From Vicinamibacteria bacterium (GTDB lineage: Bacteria; Acidobacteriota; Vicinamibacteria; Marinacidobacterales; Marinacidobacteraceae): 64,000 nt of DNA. The notes below the pieces were generated by a model, which was not told where the DNA came from, did no database searches, and saw only the letters and a program-made list of their open reading frames with translations. Shown in pieces: positions 38,696-47,790 of this stretch; the stretch's first letter is position 1; each line of letters starts with the position of its first letter. The DNA lies in the NCBI GenBank assembly GCA_963555995.3, contig OY821641.1, positions 2,432,001 through 2,496,000 of the forward strand. Reading direction: 5' to 3'. The position numbers and the translations under genes are program-made.

Positions 38696-39829
38696 ATGGA
38701 CCGACCAGACAACTATCGGATCGATACCCGCAGCGTGCGCGCCGGCATCCCGGACAATCCCGTGGGGGCGGTGGCGCCGCCGATCCACCTTTCGACCACG
38801 TTCGAGCGGGACGCCGAAGGCGAACTCGCCGCGGATTTCATCTACAGCCGCAGCGGGAATCCGGACCGGACGGCGCTCGAGGCGGCGGTCGCCGACCTCG
38901 AGAGCGGCGCGGAGAGCGTCGCTTTCGCCTCGGGGCTCGCCGCCATCCACTCGCTTCTCCTCACCCTCTCCCCCGGAGACCTCGTCCTCGCTCCGAAAGA
39001 CGCCTATCACGGCACCGTGAAGCTCGCGAAGGAGTCGCTCGCGCGCTGGGGACTCCGGACCCGTTTCACGGACTTCCTGGACGCGGCGGATGTCGAGGCC
39101 GGGCTGGCCGAAGGTCCCGCGCTCGCCATCCTGGAGACCCCGTCCAACCCGACGCTGCGGGTCACCGACATCGCGGCGGTGGCCGAACGGTGCCACGCCG
39201 CGGGGGCGCTCGTGGCGGTGGACAACACCTGGATGACCCCGGTCCTCCAGCGCCCGCTGGAGCTCGGCGCGGACATCGCGATCCACGCCACCACCAAGTA
39301 CTTCGGCGGGCACAGCGACGTGACCGGGGGGGCCGTCGTCGTGCGGGACGGCCTGGAGCTGACCCCGCGCCTGCGGTTCGTGCAGACCGAGACCGGGCCG
39401 GTCCCGTCGCCGTTCGACGCTTGGCTGCTACGCCGGGGACTGAAGACCCTGCCCCTCCGGATCCGGGCCCAGTCGCAAACCGCGGGAAGGCTCGCGGAGT
39501 TCCTGAACGGTCATCCCCGGGTCGCCGAGACCTTCTATCCGGGACTCGCCGGCGATCCCGGACACGAGGTCCAGACGCGCCAGGCCGACGGCTACGGCGC
39601 CATGCTCTCGTTCCGGGTGGACGGGGGCGAGGACCAGGCCCGGAGCGTGCTGTCGCGCGTCGAGCTCTTCGTCCGCGCCACCAGCCTCGGCGGCGTGGAG
39701 AGCCTGGTCGAGCACCGCGCGCTCGTCGAGGGACCGGACTCCGAGACCCCCCGCGACCTCATCCGCGTCTCCGCCGGCCTCGAGCACCCCGACGACCTGA
39801 TCGCCGACCTCGACCAGGCGCTGGGATAG
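38696..39829 (+). CDS. Cystathionine gamma-synthase/lyase (Cys/Met metabolism PLP enzyme)
   Basis: YSR.GNP, FASGLAA, ETPSNP, VDNT, TKYFGGHSD and ATSLGGVESL motifs; CATAAT lies 7 nt before the ATG. Confidence 0.92.
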   Translation: MDRPDNYRIDTRSVRAGIPDNPVGAVAPPIHLSTTFERDAEGELAADFIYSRSGNPDRTALEAAVADLESGAESVAFASGLAAIHSLLLTLSPGDLVLAPKDAYHGTVKLAKESLARWGLRTRFTDFLDAADVEAGLAEGPALAILETPSNPTLRVTDIAAVAERCHAAGALVAVDNTWMTPVLQRPLELGADIAIHATTKYFGGHSDVTGGAVVVRDGLELTPRLRFVQTETGPVPSPFDAWLLRRGLKTLPLRIRAQSQTAGRLAEFLNGHPRVAETFYPGLAGDPGHEVQTRQADGYGAMLSFRVDGGEDQARSVLSRVELFVRATSLGGVESLVEHRALVEGPDSETPRDLIRVSAGLEHPDDLIADLDQALG

Positions 39830-39844
39830 CTACCGGCGACGCAG

Positions 39845-39980
39845 ACGGCTTGGACCGCCGGTCTCCGACCGGCACGCGCGGCGCTCCGCGCCGCGCACGG
39901 CGCAACTCCATCAACCCTCAAGCCGACGCACCAGCCTGGAACGCCGACCCCTGTTCGGCACAGCGGCCCGCAGGGCCGCA
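39845..39980 (+). repeat. Two REP-like elements (family A)
   Basis: Near-identical copy of the 21433 element, then CTGGAACGCCGA..TTCGGCAC-AGCGGCCCGCAGGGCCGC. Confidence 0.75.
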
Positions 39981-40264
39981 GACGGCTCATCGCCGCCCTG
40001 CCTCACGGGACGCAAACCCTGGAACGCTACCCGCACGGTACACAGGTGAACCCGGCGGTCCTCCGGTTCCGTCCTACGAGGGCGTAGGTGGGCGTCGCGT
40101 GCCGGGCTCGGGCTTCCCGCCCGGCGCCGATTGGCGCCGCATGGCGGGAGGCGCGTCCCACCCGGCAGTGGTGACTCCCGTTTCGGTTCCATAGCCGGAA
40201 GCGTGGACCGCTCGGGTTCGATTCGCATTGTAAACGCGGCAGGGGCTGAGGCGGCGGATGTTTT

Positions 40265-40313
40265 CGCGGGTCTCCCGCCCGCGGCGCCGACCGGACGTCG
40301 GCGTTCCAAGCCG
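40265..40313 (-). repeat. REP-like element (family A variant)
   Basis: CGCGGG..CCCGCG hairpin followed by GCCGAC..GTCGGCGTTCCAAGCC. Confidence 0.6.
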
Positions 40314-40324
40314 TCGTGCCTCCG

Positions 40325-40410
40325 TGCCGGGAGCGGGGCTCGAACCCGCACGTCCCGTGGGGGACAGAAGATTTTAAGTCTCCCGCGTCTACCGATTTCG
40401 CCATCCCGGC
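40325..40410 (-). tRNA. tRNA-Leu (anticodon TAA)
   Basis: GCCGGGA acceptor stem, GGTAGAC D-loop, CT-TAA-AA anticodon loop, long variable arm, GGTTCGAG T-loop. Confidence 0.93.
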
Positions 40411-40504
40411 AAGCTGGTCCCGCGGCGAATTCCAACCGCCGCAAGACCCGAAAATACACACCGAACGCGCCGCCCGCGGCGCCTTCGGTCAGGCTAAGTG
40501 GCGG

Positions 40505-40577
40505 AGGCGGCGGGCGGATTCGAACCGCCGAATAGAGGTTTTGCAGACCTCCGCCTTGGCCACTTGGCTACGCCGCC
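40505..40577 (-). tRNA. tRNA-Cys (anticodon GCA)
   Basis: GGCGGCG acceptor stem, GAGGT-CT-GCA-AA-ACCTC anticodon arm, GGTTCGAATCC T-arm. Confidence 0.94.
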
Positions 40578-40593
40578 TTGACCCACGCACAAC

Positions 40594-40668
<75 letters not shown>

Positions 40669-40756
40669 TCGCCGGGCGGCGAGTATAGCCGTGCGCGGCG
40701 GGGGACTCTTGGCTGAATCGGCTGATGGACTTGGGGTTTCGCCTCCCTGCCGTCGG

Positions 40757-40873
40757 CGATGCCGGCCGGAGACCGGCGCTCCGGGCCGCTTCTGCCGTGA
40801 CGATGGGTGGGGTTGCGACATGCGCGGCGCGGAGCGCCGCGCGTGCCGGTCTGGAGACCGGCGTTCCAAGCCG
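40757..40873 (-). repeat. Two REP-like elements (family A)
   Basis: Reverse complement of the 21433/39847 element at 40806-40873 and a shorter copy at about 40760-40788. Confidence 0.75.
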
Positions 40874-40897
40874 GTGGTGCCTCCGGTGGTCTCTGGC

Positions 40898-41356
40898 TCA
40901 AAAGGCGTCGCGGCGGATTCGGACGACCGGTGGGCGCAGCGCGGCCCGCAGGCGGGCCAGGACACGACGCGAGCGGACCGCCGGGAACCAGACCTCCACC
41001 ACGTCCATGCGGAGCCGGGACCCCGGGGGGATCCGCTTCCGGGAGGACTCCCGCCGCCACATCCGGGCGGCGGAGCGGCGGATCCGGCGGCGCTTCTCGC
41101 GGTCCACCCGCTCCGCCGGGTCGCCGAAGCCGCCGCGCCGGGTCTTCACCTCGACGACGGCGAGCGTCTGGCCCTCCCACGCCACGATGTCGAGTTCCGC
41201 ATCGCTCCGGCGCCGCCCCGGACGGTAGTTCCGGGCCACCACCCGGTAGCCCGAGCGGCGGAGCGCCCGGGCGGCGATCCGTTCGCCGCGCGCGCCGAGC
41301 CTCAGGTGGGCGGCGCGTCTCCGGAGTGGCCAGCGGACCCTTCGCCGCCAGGCCAT
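40898..41356 (-). CDS. yraN: YraN family (UPF0102) protein
   Basis: LG..GE..A...L...GY.VVARNYR, ELDIVA, VEVKTR and R.DVV motifs. Confidence 0.88.
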   Translation of the reverse strand: MAWRRRVRWPLRRRAAHLRLGARGERIAARALRRSGYRVVARNYRPGRRRSDAELDIVAWEGQTLAVVEVKTRRGGFGDPAERVDREKRRRIRRSAARMWRRESSRKRIPPGSRLRMDVVEVWFPAVRSRRVLARLRAALRPPVVRIRRDAF

Positions 41357-41366
41357 GACCTCCGGA

Positions 41367-42794
41367 TCAGTCCCCGCGCCGCCGCCAGATGGTGCCGGAA
41401 GGCGAGTCCTCGAGGAGGATTCCGCGCGCCGCCAACCCGTCGCGGATCTCGTCGGCGCGGGCGAAGTCCCGGCGTTCGCGGGCTTCCTGACGCTCCCGGA
41501 TCAGCGCCACCAGGTCGGGCGGCTCCTCCGCATCCCCGGCGGCCTCCCGCCCGGAACTCATCTCGAAGCTGCCGAAGACCGAGTTCATCCGGCGGATCGC
41601 CGCCGCCCACCCGGCCGCCTCGGCGGCGCCTCCGGGCGAACGGAGCGCCCGGTTGCCCTCCTTGAGGGCGATGAACACTTCGGCGAGCGCCTTCGAGGTG
41701 TTCAGGTCGTCGTCGAGCGCTTCCTCGAAGCGGATGAGCGCCTGGGCGGCCTCCGCCGGGAGCGCGGCGTCGTTCCCATCGGCAGCCTCGTCCGAGCGCC
41801 GTAGGAAGTCGTCCACCCGGCCGATGGCCGCCGCGGCCTGCCGCAGGCCTTCCTTCGTGAAGTTGAGTTGCTGCCGGTAGTGGACTCCCGCCAGCAGGTG
41901 CCGGATCGCGGCGGGCGCGTAGCCCTCGTCCAGCAGTTCCCGAACGGTGAACTGGTTGCCGAGCGACTTCGCCATCTTGCGGCCGTCCACCAGCAGGTGC
42001 TCGCAGTGGAACCAGTGGCGCACGAAACGCTGCCCGGTCGCCCCCTCACTCTGGGCGATCTCGTTCTCGTGGTGCGGGAACACGAGGTCCACGCCGCCGC
42101 AGTGCAGATCGAAGCCCGAACCCAGCAACTCCAGCCCCATCGCCGAACACTCCAGGTGCCAGCCCGGTCGGCCGTTTCCGAAGGGCGCCTTCCAGACGGG
42201 ATCGCCGGGCTTCGCCGCCTTCCAGAGCACGAAGTCCTGGGCGTCCTCCTTGTCGTACTCGTCGGAATCCACCCGGGCGCCGGCCAGCCGGTCGGACGCC
42301 GCCGCCCCCGAAAGCTGTCCGTAGCCGGGAAAACCCCCGACCCGGAAGTAGATCGAACCGCCGGCTTCGTAAGCGATTTCGTTCTCGAGCAGGCGTTCCA
42401 CCAGCCGGATCATCGCCTCGACGTACCGGGGATCGGTGGCTCTCGGGTAGTGCTCCACGCGTTCGATCCCGAGTGCGTCGGCGTCCTCGAAGAACTGCTC
42501 GATGTAGCGCGTCGTGTAGTCGCGCAGCGGCTCCCCCGCCTCGGCGGCCCCCCGGATGGTCTTGTCGTCCACATCGGTGAAGTTCATCGCCTGGACGACC
42601 CGGTACCCCTTGAAGCGCAGGAAGCGGCGAAGAATGTCCTGGGCCACGAAGAACCGGAAGTTCCCGATGTGGCCCCGGGCATACACCGTGAGTCCGCAGG
42701 TGTACATCCGCACCTCGTCGGCGCTCTTCGGCTCGAACGGCTCGACCCGGCCCCCGAGCGTGTTGCGGAGCCGGAAAGTGCTCTTGTCGGGCAT
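41367..42794 (-). CDS. cysS: Cysteine--tRNA ligase
   Basis: MYTCG.TVY, HIGN, GRPGWHLECSAM, DL.FPHHENE and KMAKSLGN motifs. Confidence 0.96.
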   Translation of the reverse strand: MPDKSTFRLRNTLGGRVEPFEPKSADEVRMYTCGLTVYARGHIGNFRFFVAQDILRRFLRFKGYRVVQAMNFTDVDDKTIRGAAEAGEPLRDYTTRYIEQFFEDADALGIERVEHYPRATDPRYVEAMIRLVERLLENEIAYEAGGSIYFRVGGFPGYGQLSGAAASDRLAGARVDSDEYDKEDAQDFVLWKAAKPGDPVWKAPFGNGRPGWHLECSAMGLELLGSGFDLHCGGVDLVFPHHENEIAQSEGATGQRFVRHWFHCEHLLVDGRKMAKSLGNQFTVRELLDEGYAPAAIRHLLAGVHYRQQLNFTKEGLRQAAAAIGRVDDFLRRSDEAADGNDAALPAEAAQALIRFEEALDDDLNTSKALAEVFIALKEGNRALRSPGGAAEAAGWAAAIRRMNSVFGSFEMSSGREAAGDAEEPPDLVALIRERQEARERRDFARADEIRDGLAARGILLEDSPSGTIWRRRGD

Positions 42795-42804
42795 GGGGAT
42801 CCGC

Positions 42805-44625
42805 TCAGACGGCGACCTGCCGGTCGCGGCGTTTGAGGACGACCAGGGTGAGGTCGTCACGTAGCGGACTGGGTCCGGAGAAGGCCCGGGCCCGCGAAAG
42901 CAGGTCACCGCAGATGTCGCGGGCGCTCATCGAGCGGGCGGCGATCAGCGCGTCCACGATGCGGGCGTCATCGAAAAGGCTGCCCGCCGGGTCCTCCGCC
43001 TCGCTCAGGCCGTCGGTATAGAGCGCCACCAGATCGCCGGGACCGAGCTCGCAGGCGCCCACCTCGGTGGCGATCTCCGGGAAGAGGCCGAGCACCGTGG
43101 AGCCCCGGTCCAGACGCTCGACCGAGCCGTCGCCGCGGACCAGTACCGGGTGCACGTGCCCCGCGTTCAGGTAATCGAGCCGGCCGGTCGCGGGTTCGAG
43201 CCGGGCGAGGACGGCGGTCATGTAGCGGCTGTCTTCGGTGTTCTGGTGGAGGTGGTGATTCAGGTCCTTCATGGCGCTGGCGATCCCGGAATGCCCGTGC
43301 CGGAAGAAAGCGCGGAGCGACGCCTGGACCGAGGCCATGATGAGCGCCGGCCCGGCGCCCTTCCCGGATACGTCGGCGATCGTGATGAAGACGGCCTCGT
43401 CGAGGGTAAGGTAATCGTAGTAGTCGCCCCCGACGGAGAGACAGGGAATGTTGATCCCCCAGAGGTCCCACCCGGGATACTCGGGCGCCTCCGCCGGCAG
43501 GAAGCGGGCCTGGATCCGGCGGGCCACCTCGAGTTCCTTCTCCTTCTGAATCGAGGCGCGGGTGAGACGCAGGCTCTCGACCGCGGCCGAGGCCTGTCCG
43601 GTCAGCGAGTTCAGGAAGGCCCGGTCCGCCGACGAAAGCTCCCGGCCGAATCCGGCGGCGCCGAGGAAGAGCGTTCCCTGGACCGCGCCGGAGGCGAAGG
43701 GCACGACCCAGCCGATTTCCATCCGCGCGAGGTCGCAGGCGGTGGCCCGGTGCGCGAGATCGGCCGCCGGACGGATGTCGTGCTCGCCCGCCAGGACCTC
43801 GGCGGCGCGCACGAAGACGGCTCCGTCTTCGTCCGGGCGTTTCGGTCCCTTTGCGGCGACGACCCTTCCCCCGGCCACCACGGCGGCCCGGCTGGCCAGG
43901 ACGTGTCCCATGGCGCCGTGAAGCAGCAGATCCCAGACGGCCGCTTCGTCGCGGGCCCGGTGCAGGCCGGCCGTGAGGTCCATGAGCGAACGGAGCTGAT
44001 AGACGTGGAGCGACAGCCGCCGGTTGGCCACCCGCAACTCCTCGTCGCGCCGGCATTTCTCGAGGGCCGCCGACGCGGAGACCGAGAGCGCCTCGAGGAA
44101 GTCGGTCCGCGACCCGGCCAGGTCCGGATGCGGCTCGCCCAGCAGCAACACGCCGCAGAGTCCGTCGCGGGTGCGCAGCAGAGTCGCCGATGACGCTCCG
44201 GCATCGCGCATGAGCCCGCGAAAGGGCGCTGCCGCCGCGTCTTCTTCCGGATGTGCGCCCCCGGACCGCAGGACGAGCGCATCCGGCAGGAGATCCGGTA
44301 CTTCCCGTTGCAGTTCCTCCCAGCCGGGACTGCCGGCCCCCCGCCGGCTGGCCGGGCGCAGGACCCCCTCCCCGTCGGGCAGCAGCAGCCCCGCCCAGCG
44401 GGCGCCGGACTCGCCGAGCGCCACCAGCACGATGAGGGAGGCCACCTCGGAAGCGTTCAGCCGCTCGAACGCCGCCGCCCCGAAGTCGGTCAGGGCCAGG
44501 AGTTCGGACACCCGCCGTTCCAGACCGGGGTTCATGCCTCCGATGTGCTCCGCGACGAGCCGCTGGTAGCGCGTACCCGGCGAAGCCGACCCCGGCGCGG
44601 CGGTGAGGAGGGTGCGCGTGGTCAC
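42805..44625 (-). CDS. SpoIIE/RsbU-type PP2C phosphatase with GAF-like domains
   Basis: VGGDYYD, IADVSGKG, NAGH, LYTDG..EA and DDLT motifs. Confidence 0.9.
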   Translation of the reverse strand: MTTRTLLTAAPGSASPGTRYQRLVAEHIGGMNPGLERRVSELLALTDFGAAAFERLNASEVASLIVLVALGESGARWAGLLLPDGEGVLRPASRRGAGSPGWEELQREVPDLLPDALVLRSGGAHPEEDAAAAPFRGLMRDAGASSATLLRTRDGLCGVLLLGEPHPDLAGSRTDFLEALSVSASAALEKCRRDEELRVANRRLSLHVYQLRSLMDLTAGLHRARDEAAVWDLLLHGAMGHVLASRAAVVAGGRVVAAKGPKRPDEDGAVFVRAAEVLAGEHDIRPAADLAHRATACDLARMEIGWVVPFASGAVQGTLFLGAAGFGRELSSADRAFLNSLTGQASAAVESLRLTRASIQKEKELEVARRIQARFLPAEAPEYPGWDLWGINIPCLSVGGDYYDYLTLDEAVFITIADVSGKGAGPALIMASVQASLRAFFRHGHSGIASAMKDLNHHLHQNTEDSRYMTAVLARLEPATGRLDYLNAGHVHPVLVRGDGSVERLDRGSTVLGLFPEIATEVGACELGPGDLVALYTDGLSEAEDPAGSLFDDARIVDALIAARSMSARDICGDLLSRARAFSGPSPLRDDLTLVVLKRRDRQVAV

Positions 44626-44658
44626 GGCGGGGCCGGCGCTCTGATCGTGCGCACGGGG

Positions 44659-45135
44659 TCAGGATTCCGACCCGGGCGACGGCGGACGGGAACGCGGGCG
44701 GTTCCGCTCGAGAACCCAGCAGCAGACGCCCGCCGCCAGTTCCTCGTGGACGACGTGATCCATGAGCCGGCGCATCAGATGCACCCCCAGGCCGCCCCGC
44801 CGCCGCTCGCGCGCCAGGCGTCCGAGGTCCACTCCGGCCGGCAGGCTCTTGGGCGCGGCACCGCGGTGTTCCAGCTCGATCCGCAGCGCCTCGGGCCCGG
44901 GCCGGAAACGGAGCCGCACCGCGTGACCCGGCTCGCCCCGGTAGGCGTGTTCGACCACGTTCGTCATCGCTTCGCTCACCGCCACCGCAATCTCATCCGC
45001 AACGGCAGGGTCGAAGTCCTCGGCGAGCGCTGCCCTCCGGGTCGCCTCGTGGACGAGGCTCAGGCACTCGCAGGTCGCCGGCACGTCCATCTCGAGCGGC
45101 GCCCGATCCGTCCCCAATGCCTCACGAACCTCCAA
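44659..45135 (-). CDS. RsbW-like anti-sigma Ser/Thr kinase (start may be 45117)
   Basis: AVSEA.TN.VEHAY and GGLG..LM..LMD motifs. Confidence 0.88.
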   Translation of the reverse strand: MEVREALGTDRAPLEMDVPATCECLSLVHEATRRAALAEDFDPAVADEIAVAVSEAMTNVVEHAYRGEPGHAVRLRFRPGPEALRIELEHRGAAPKSLPAGVDLGRLARERRRGGLGVHLMRRLMDHVVHEELAAGVCCWVLERNRPRSRPPSPGSES

Positions 45136-45472
45136 AACTGAGAACCGCTTCCTCCTCGGTCTCGAAGGTGCGGCACAGCCGGTCGAAACCCAGGACCCGG
45201 AAAATGTGGGCCACGGTCCCCGTGAGCGCCGCCACCCGGATGTCCCCGCCCCCCGCGCGGGCCTCTTCGATGAGTCCCATGATCGCGCCGAAGCCGGCGC
45301 TCGCGACGTAGGACAGGTGGGCGCCGCTGATCACGATCCGCACGTCACCGGCCTCGACGAGTTCGTTGAGCACTCCCTCGAACTCGGCCACCGTGTGCGC
45401 GTTGATGAAACCCTTCGGTTCCACGACGGCCACGTCGGCGGCGCGGCGGGTGGCGACTTGAAGATCAGGCAT
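45122..45472 (-). CDS. STAS anti-sigma antagonist (RsbV-like)
   Basis: G.I.AH..., L.YVASAG.G and GGD....L...V..IF..LGF motifs. Confidence 0.88.
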   Translation of the reverse strand: MPDLQVATRRAADVAVVEPKGFINAHTVAEFEGVLNELVEAGDVRIVISGAHLSYVASAGFGAIMGLIEEARAGGGDIRVAALTGTVAHIFRVLGFDRLCRTFETEEEAVLSFGGS

Positions 45473-46475
45473 GGGTGAGCGTCTCCGGTTCGGCGGTCCC
45501 CGCGGTTCGGGACCACGCCTCGGACGCGGGGAACGCAGCCAGGTCGCGGGCCTGCGCCACGTCGCGTTCCAGTTGCTGCCTGAGGGACTGCGGGCCGGGG
45601 AAGGCCCGCACCTCGCGCAGGCGGGAGAGGAAGCGCACCCGGAGGCGCAGCGCCTCGCCCGAGAATCCCAGCAGGTGCACCTCCAGCGAAGGCGAGTCGC
45701 CGAAGGTGGGCCGGGGTCCGTAGTGCAGCACGGCCCGGAAGAGCCCGTCTTCCGGGGAGGTCAGGACCGCATCCACCGCATAGACCCCGTGCGGAACCAG
45801 CACGTCCCCCTCGGGCGCCAGGTTCGCGGTGGGGAACCCGAGCCCCCGGCCCCGACCGCGGCCCGCGACCACCGGGCCGGCGATCTCGTAGAAGGCGCCG
45901 AGGAGGGCGGCCCCCGCTTCGACGTCCCCCTCGGCCAGCGTACGCCGGATCCTGGTGGAAGAAACAATCGCCCCGTCCCACGAGACGGACGGCGCCTCGA
46001 TCACCCGGAACCCGTGGCGGTCGCCGAGGGCGCGGAGGGTCTCCAGATCGCCCGCGCGGCCACGGCCGAACCGGAAATTCGCGCCCTGCACGACGGTGAC
46101 GGCCCCGAGCCGCTCCACGAGCAGCCGGGACACGAAATCGGCGGGGGAGGTCCGGGCCATCGCTTCGCCGAACCCGAGTACGACGAGGCGCTCCACCCCG
46201 GCGGCCGCGAGCCGCTCCGCCTTGAGCGCGAGACTGGTGATGGTCCGGGGAGCCCGGTCGGGACGGAGCAGGCGGGCGGGATGGGGATCGAAGGTCACCG
46301 CGACGCATTCGGCGCCGCGTCGCCGCGCCTCCTCCCGGGCGAGTTGCAACCCCGTCCGGTGGCCCCGATGGACTCCGTCGAAGTTGCCGACCGCGACGAC
46401 GGCCGGTCCCACCGGCCTGCCGGGGTCCGCCCCGTCCGGCGCGGGGGGCAGCTCGCGGAGACGCTCGATCTTCAT
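45465..46475 (-). CDS. ribF: Riboflavin kinase / FAD synthetase
   Basis: GNFDGVHRGH, TFDPHP, FRFG, SSTRIR, G.PTAN and G.RPTF motifs. Confidence 0.95.
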   Translation of the reverse strand: MKIERLRELPPAPDGADPGRPVGPAVVAVGNFDGVHRGHRTGLQLAREEARRRGAECVAVTFDPHPARLLRPDRAPRTITSLALKAERLAAAGVERLVVLGFGEAMARTSPADFVSRLLVERLGAVTVVQGANFRFGRGRAGDLETLRALGDRHGFRVIEAPSVSWDGAIVSSTRIRRTLAEGDVEAGAALLGAFYEIAGPVVAGRGRGRGLGFPTANLAPEGDVLVPHGVYAVDAVLTSPEDGLFRAVLHYGPRPTFGDSPSLEVHLLGFSGEALRLRVRFLSRLREVRAFPGPQSLRQQLERDVAQARDLAAFPASEAWSRTAGTAEPETLTHA

Positions 46476-46939
46476 GCGTCGGGAGCCTTCGAGCGTTCCA
46501 TGTACGCCATCCGCAGTTGGTAGAGCGCCTGGGAGACGAGGCGGGCGTCGCCGGGAGCGAGGCGGCCCCGGGTCTTCTCCTCGACGACCTCCAGCAGGCC
46601 GATCACCGCCTGGAGTCCCTGGAGCGCTTCCGCCCGCTGTGGACCGGAGGCCGATCCGGGCTTGTCCGCACCTTCGGCGGTCTGCTCGAGCAGCATCGCC
46701 GCCTGCGAAAAGAGCAGGGAAACGAGCTGTTTGAAGCGGGGGTCCTCTTCGGGCCCCGGTCCCGGGGCCGGAGCGGATTCGGCGGGGGCCTCGGCCGCGG
46801 GCTTCGGTTCCGGCCCGAGCGAGGGAGCGTCGGCGGAGGGCTCGCTCCGGGGCTCAACGTCCGGACGGCGGGAACCGTCGGGCGCGAAGGCGCGCCGGTC
46901 CCTGACGACGATGCGCGGGGCTTGCTCCTCTTCACTCAT
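46472..46939 (-). CDS. DUF1844-like protein
   Basis: V.DRR.F N-terminus; F..LV..L, I.LL....EKT.G.L and L..LRMAY motifs; lies upstream of ribF. Confidence 0.75.
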   Translation of the reverse strand: MSEEEQAPRIVVRDRRAFAPDGSRRPDVEPRSEPSADAPSLGPEPKPAAEAPAESAPAPGPGPEEDPRFKQLVSLLFSQAAMLLEQTAEGADKPGSASGPQRAEALQGLQAVIGLLEVVEEKTRGRLAPGDARLVSQALYQLRMAYMERSKAPDA

Positions 46940-47076
46940 CCGGGGTCCGGGCCGCGTCGGGTGGCGGCTCGCGTCCCGGAATCCTATTGTCCCGCCACCC
47001 GCTCCGCGAGCCGCCGGTGTCTTGAAACGGCGCGTGGACGCGGGGACAATGCCGGCGCGAACGTTCCGGCTCGCCC

Positions 47077-47784
47077 ATGAAGAACCCCGAAGAACCCTCC
47101 GCCGGCCCCGAGCCCGCGGCGGCCGGCGCCGCCGAGGTCGCCGCCCTGGTGGAGGTCATGGCGAAGCTCCGCTCGGAGGAGGGGTGTCCCTGGGATCGGG
47201 AGCAGACGTGGAACTCGCTCCGCCGCTACGTGCTCGAGGAGGCGTACGAGCTGGTGGACGCGGTGGACCGGGAGGATCCGGCGGCCGTCCTCGAGGAATG
47301 CGGGGACCTGCTGCTGGAGGTGGTCTTCATGGCCCAGATCGCCCACGAGGAGGGCCGGTTCGGGATGGCGGAGGTCGCCCGCGGCATCACCCGGAAGCTG
47401 ATCCGCCGGCATCCGCATGTCTTCGGAGGCCGGGACCGGGCCGCGGACGCCGGCGAAGCGTTCGCCCGTTGGGAGGCGATCAAGGCCGCGGAGAAGTCGG
47501 GACGCGAGGGCTCCGGGGACCGCCTGCCGCCGGGCCTCCCGGCGCTGCTGCTCGCGGTGAAGGCCGTCGAGCGGGCGGATGGGGCCGCGGACGGGAAGGA
47601 GGCGGACCGGGACGGCGTCCTTCCCGCCCTCGACCGGATGCAGGCCGCGCGCCGGGCGGGAGACCCGGACGCGCTCGAGACGGCGCTCGGCGACCTGCTG
47701 CTGGCGGTCGCGCGCGCGGCGCTGCGGGACGGACTGGACCCGGAGTCGGCGCTCCGCAACGCGGTCCGGCGGATCAACGGGTAA
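47077..47784 (+). CDS. mazG: Nucleoside triphosphate pyrophosphohydrolase MazG
   Basis: GCPWDREQT, EEAYE, EE.GDLL and KLIRRHPHVF motifs; the second domain is degenerate. Confidence 0.9.
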   Translation: MKNPEEPSAGPEPAAAGAAEVAALVEVMAKLRSEEGCPWDREQTWNSLRRYVLEEAYELVDAVDREDPAAVLEECGDLLLEVVFMAQIAHEEGRFGMAEVARGITRKLIRRHPHVFGGRDRAADAGEAFARWEAIKAAEKSGREGSGDRLPPGLPALLLAVKAVERADGAADGKEADRDGVLPALDRMQAARRAGDPDALETALGDLLLAVARAALRDGLDPESALRNAVRRING

Positions 47785-47790
47785 CGCCAC

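Noticed and set aside
39980-40320. Prophage or island att site downstream of tRNA-Leu
   Set aside because: No integrase and no duplicated tRNA 3' end seen in the window
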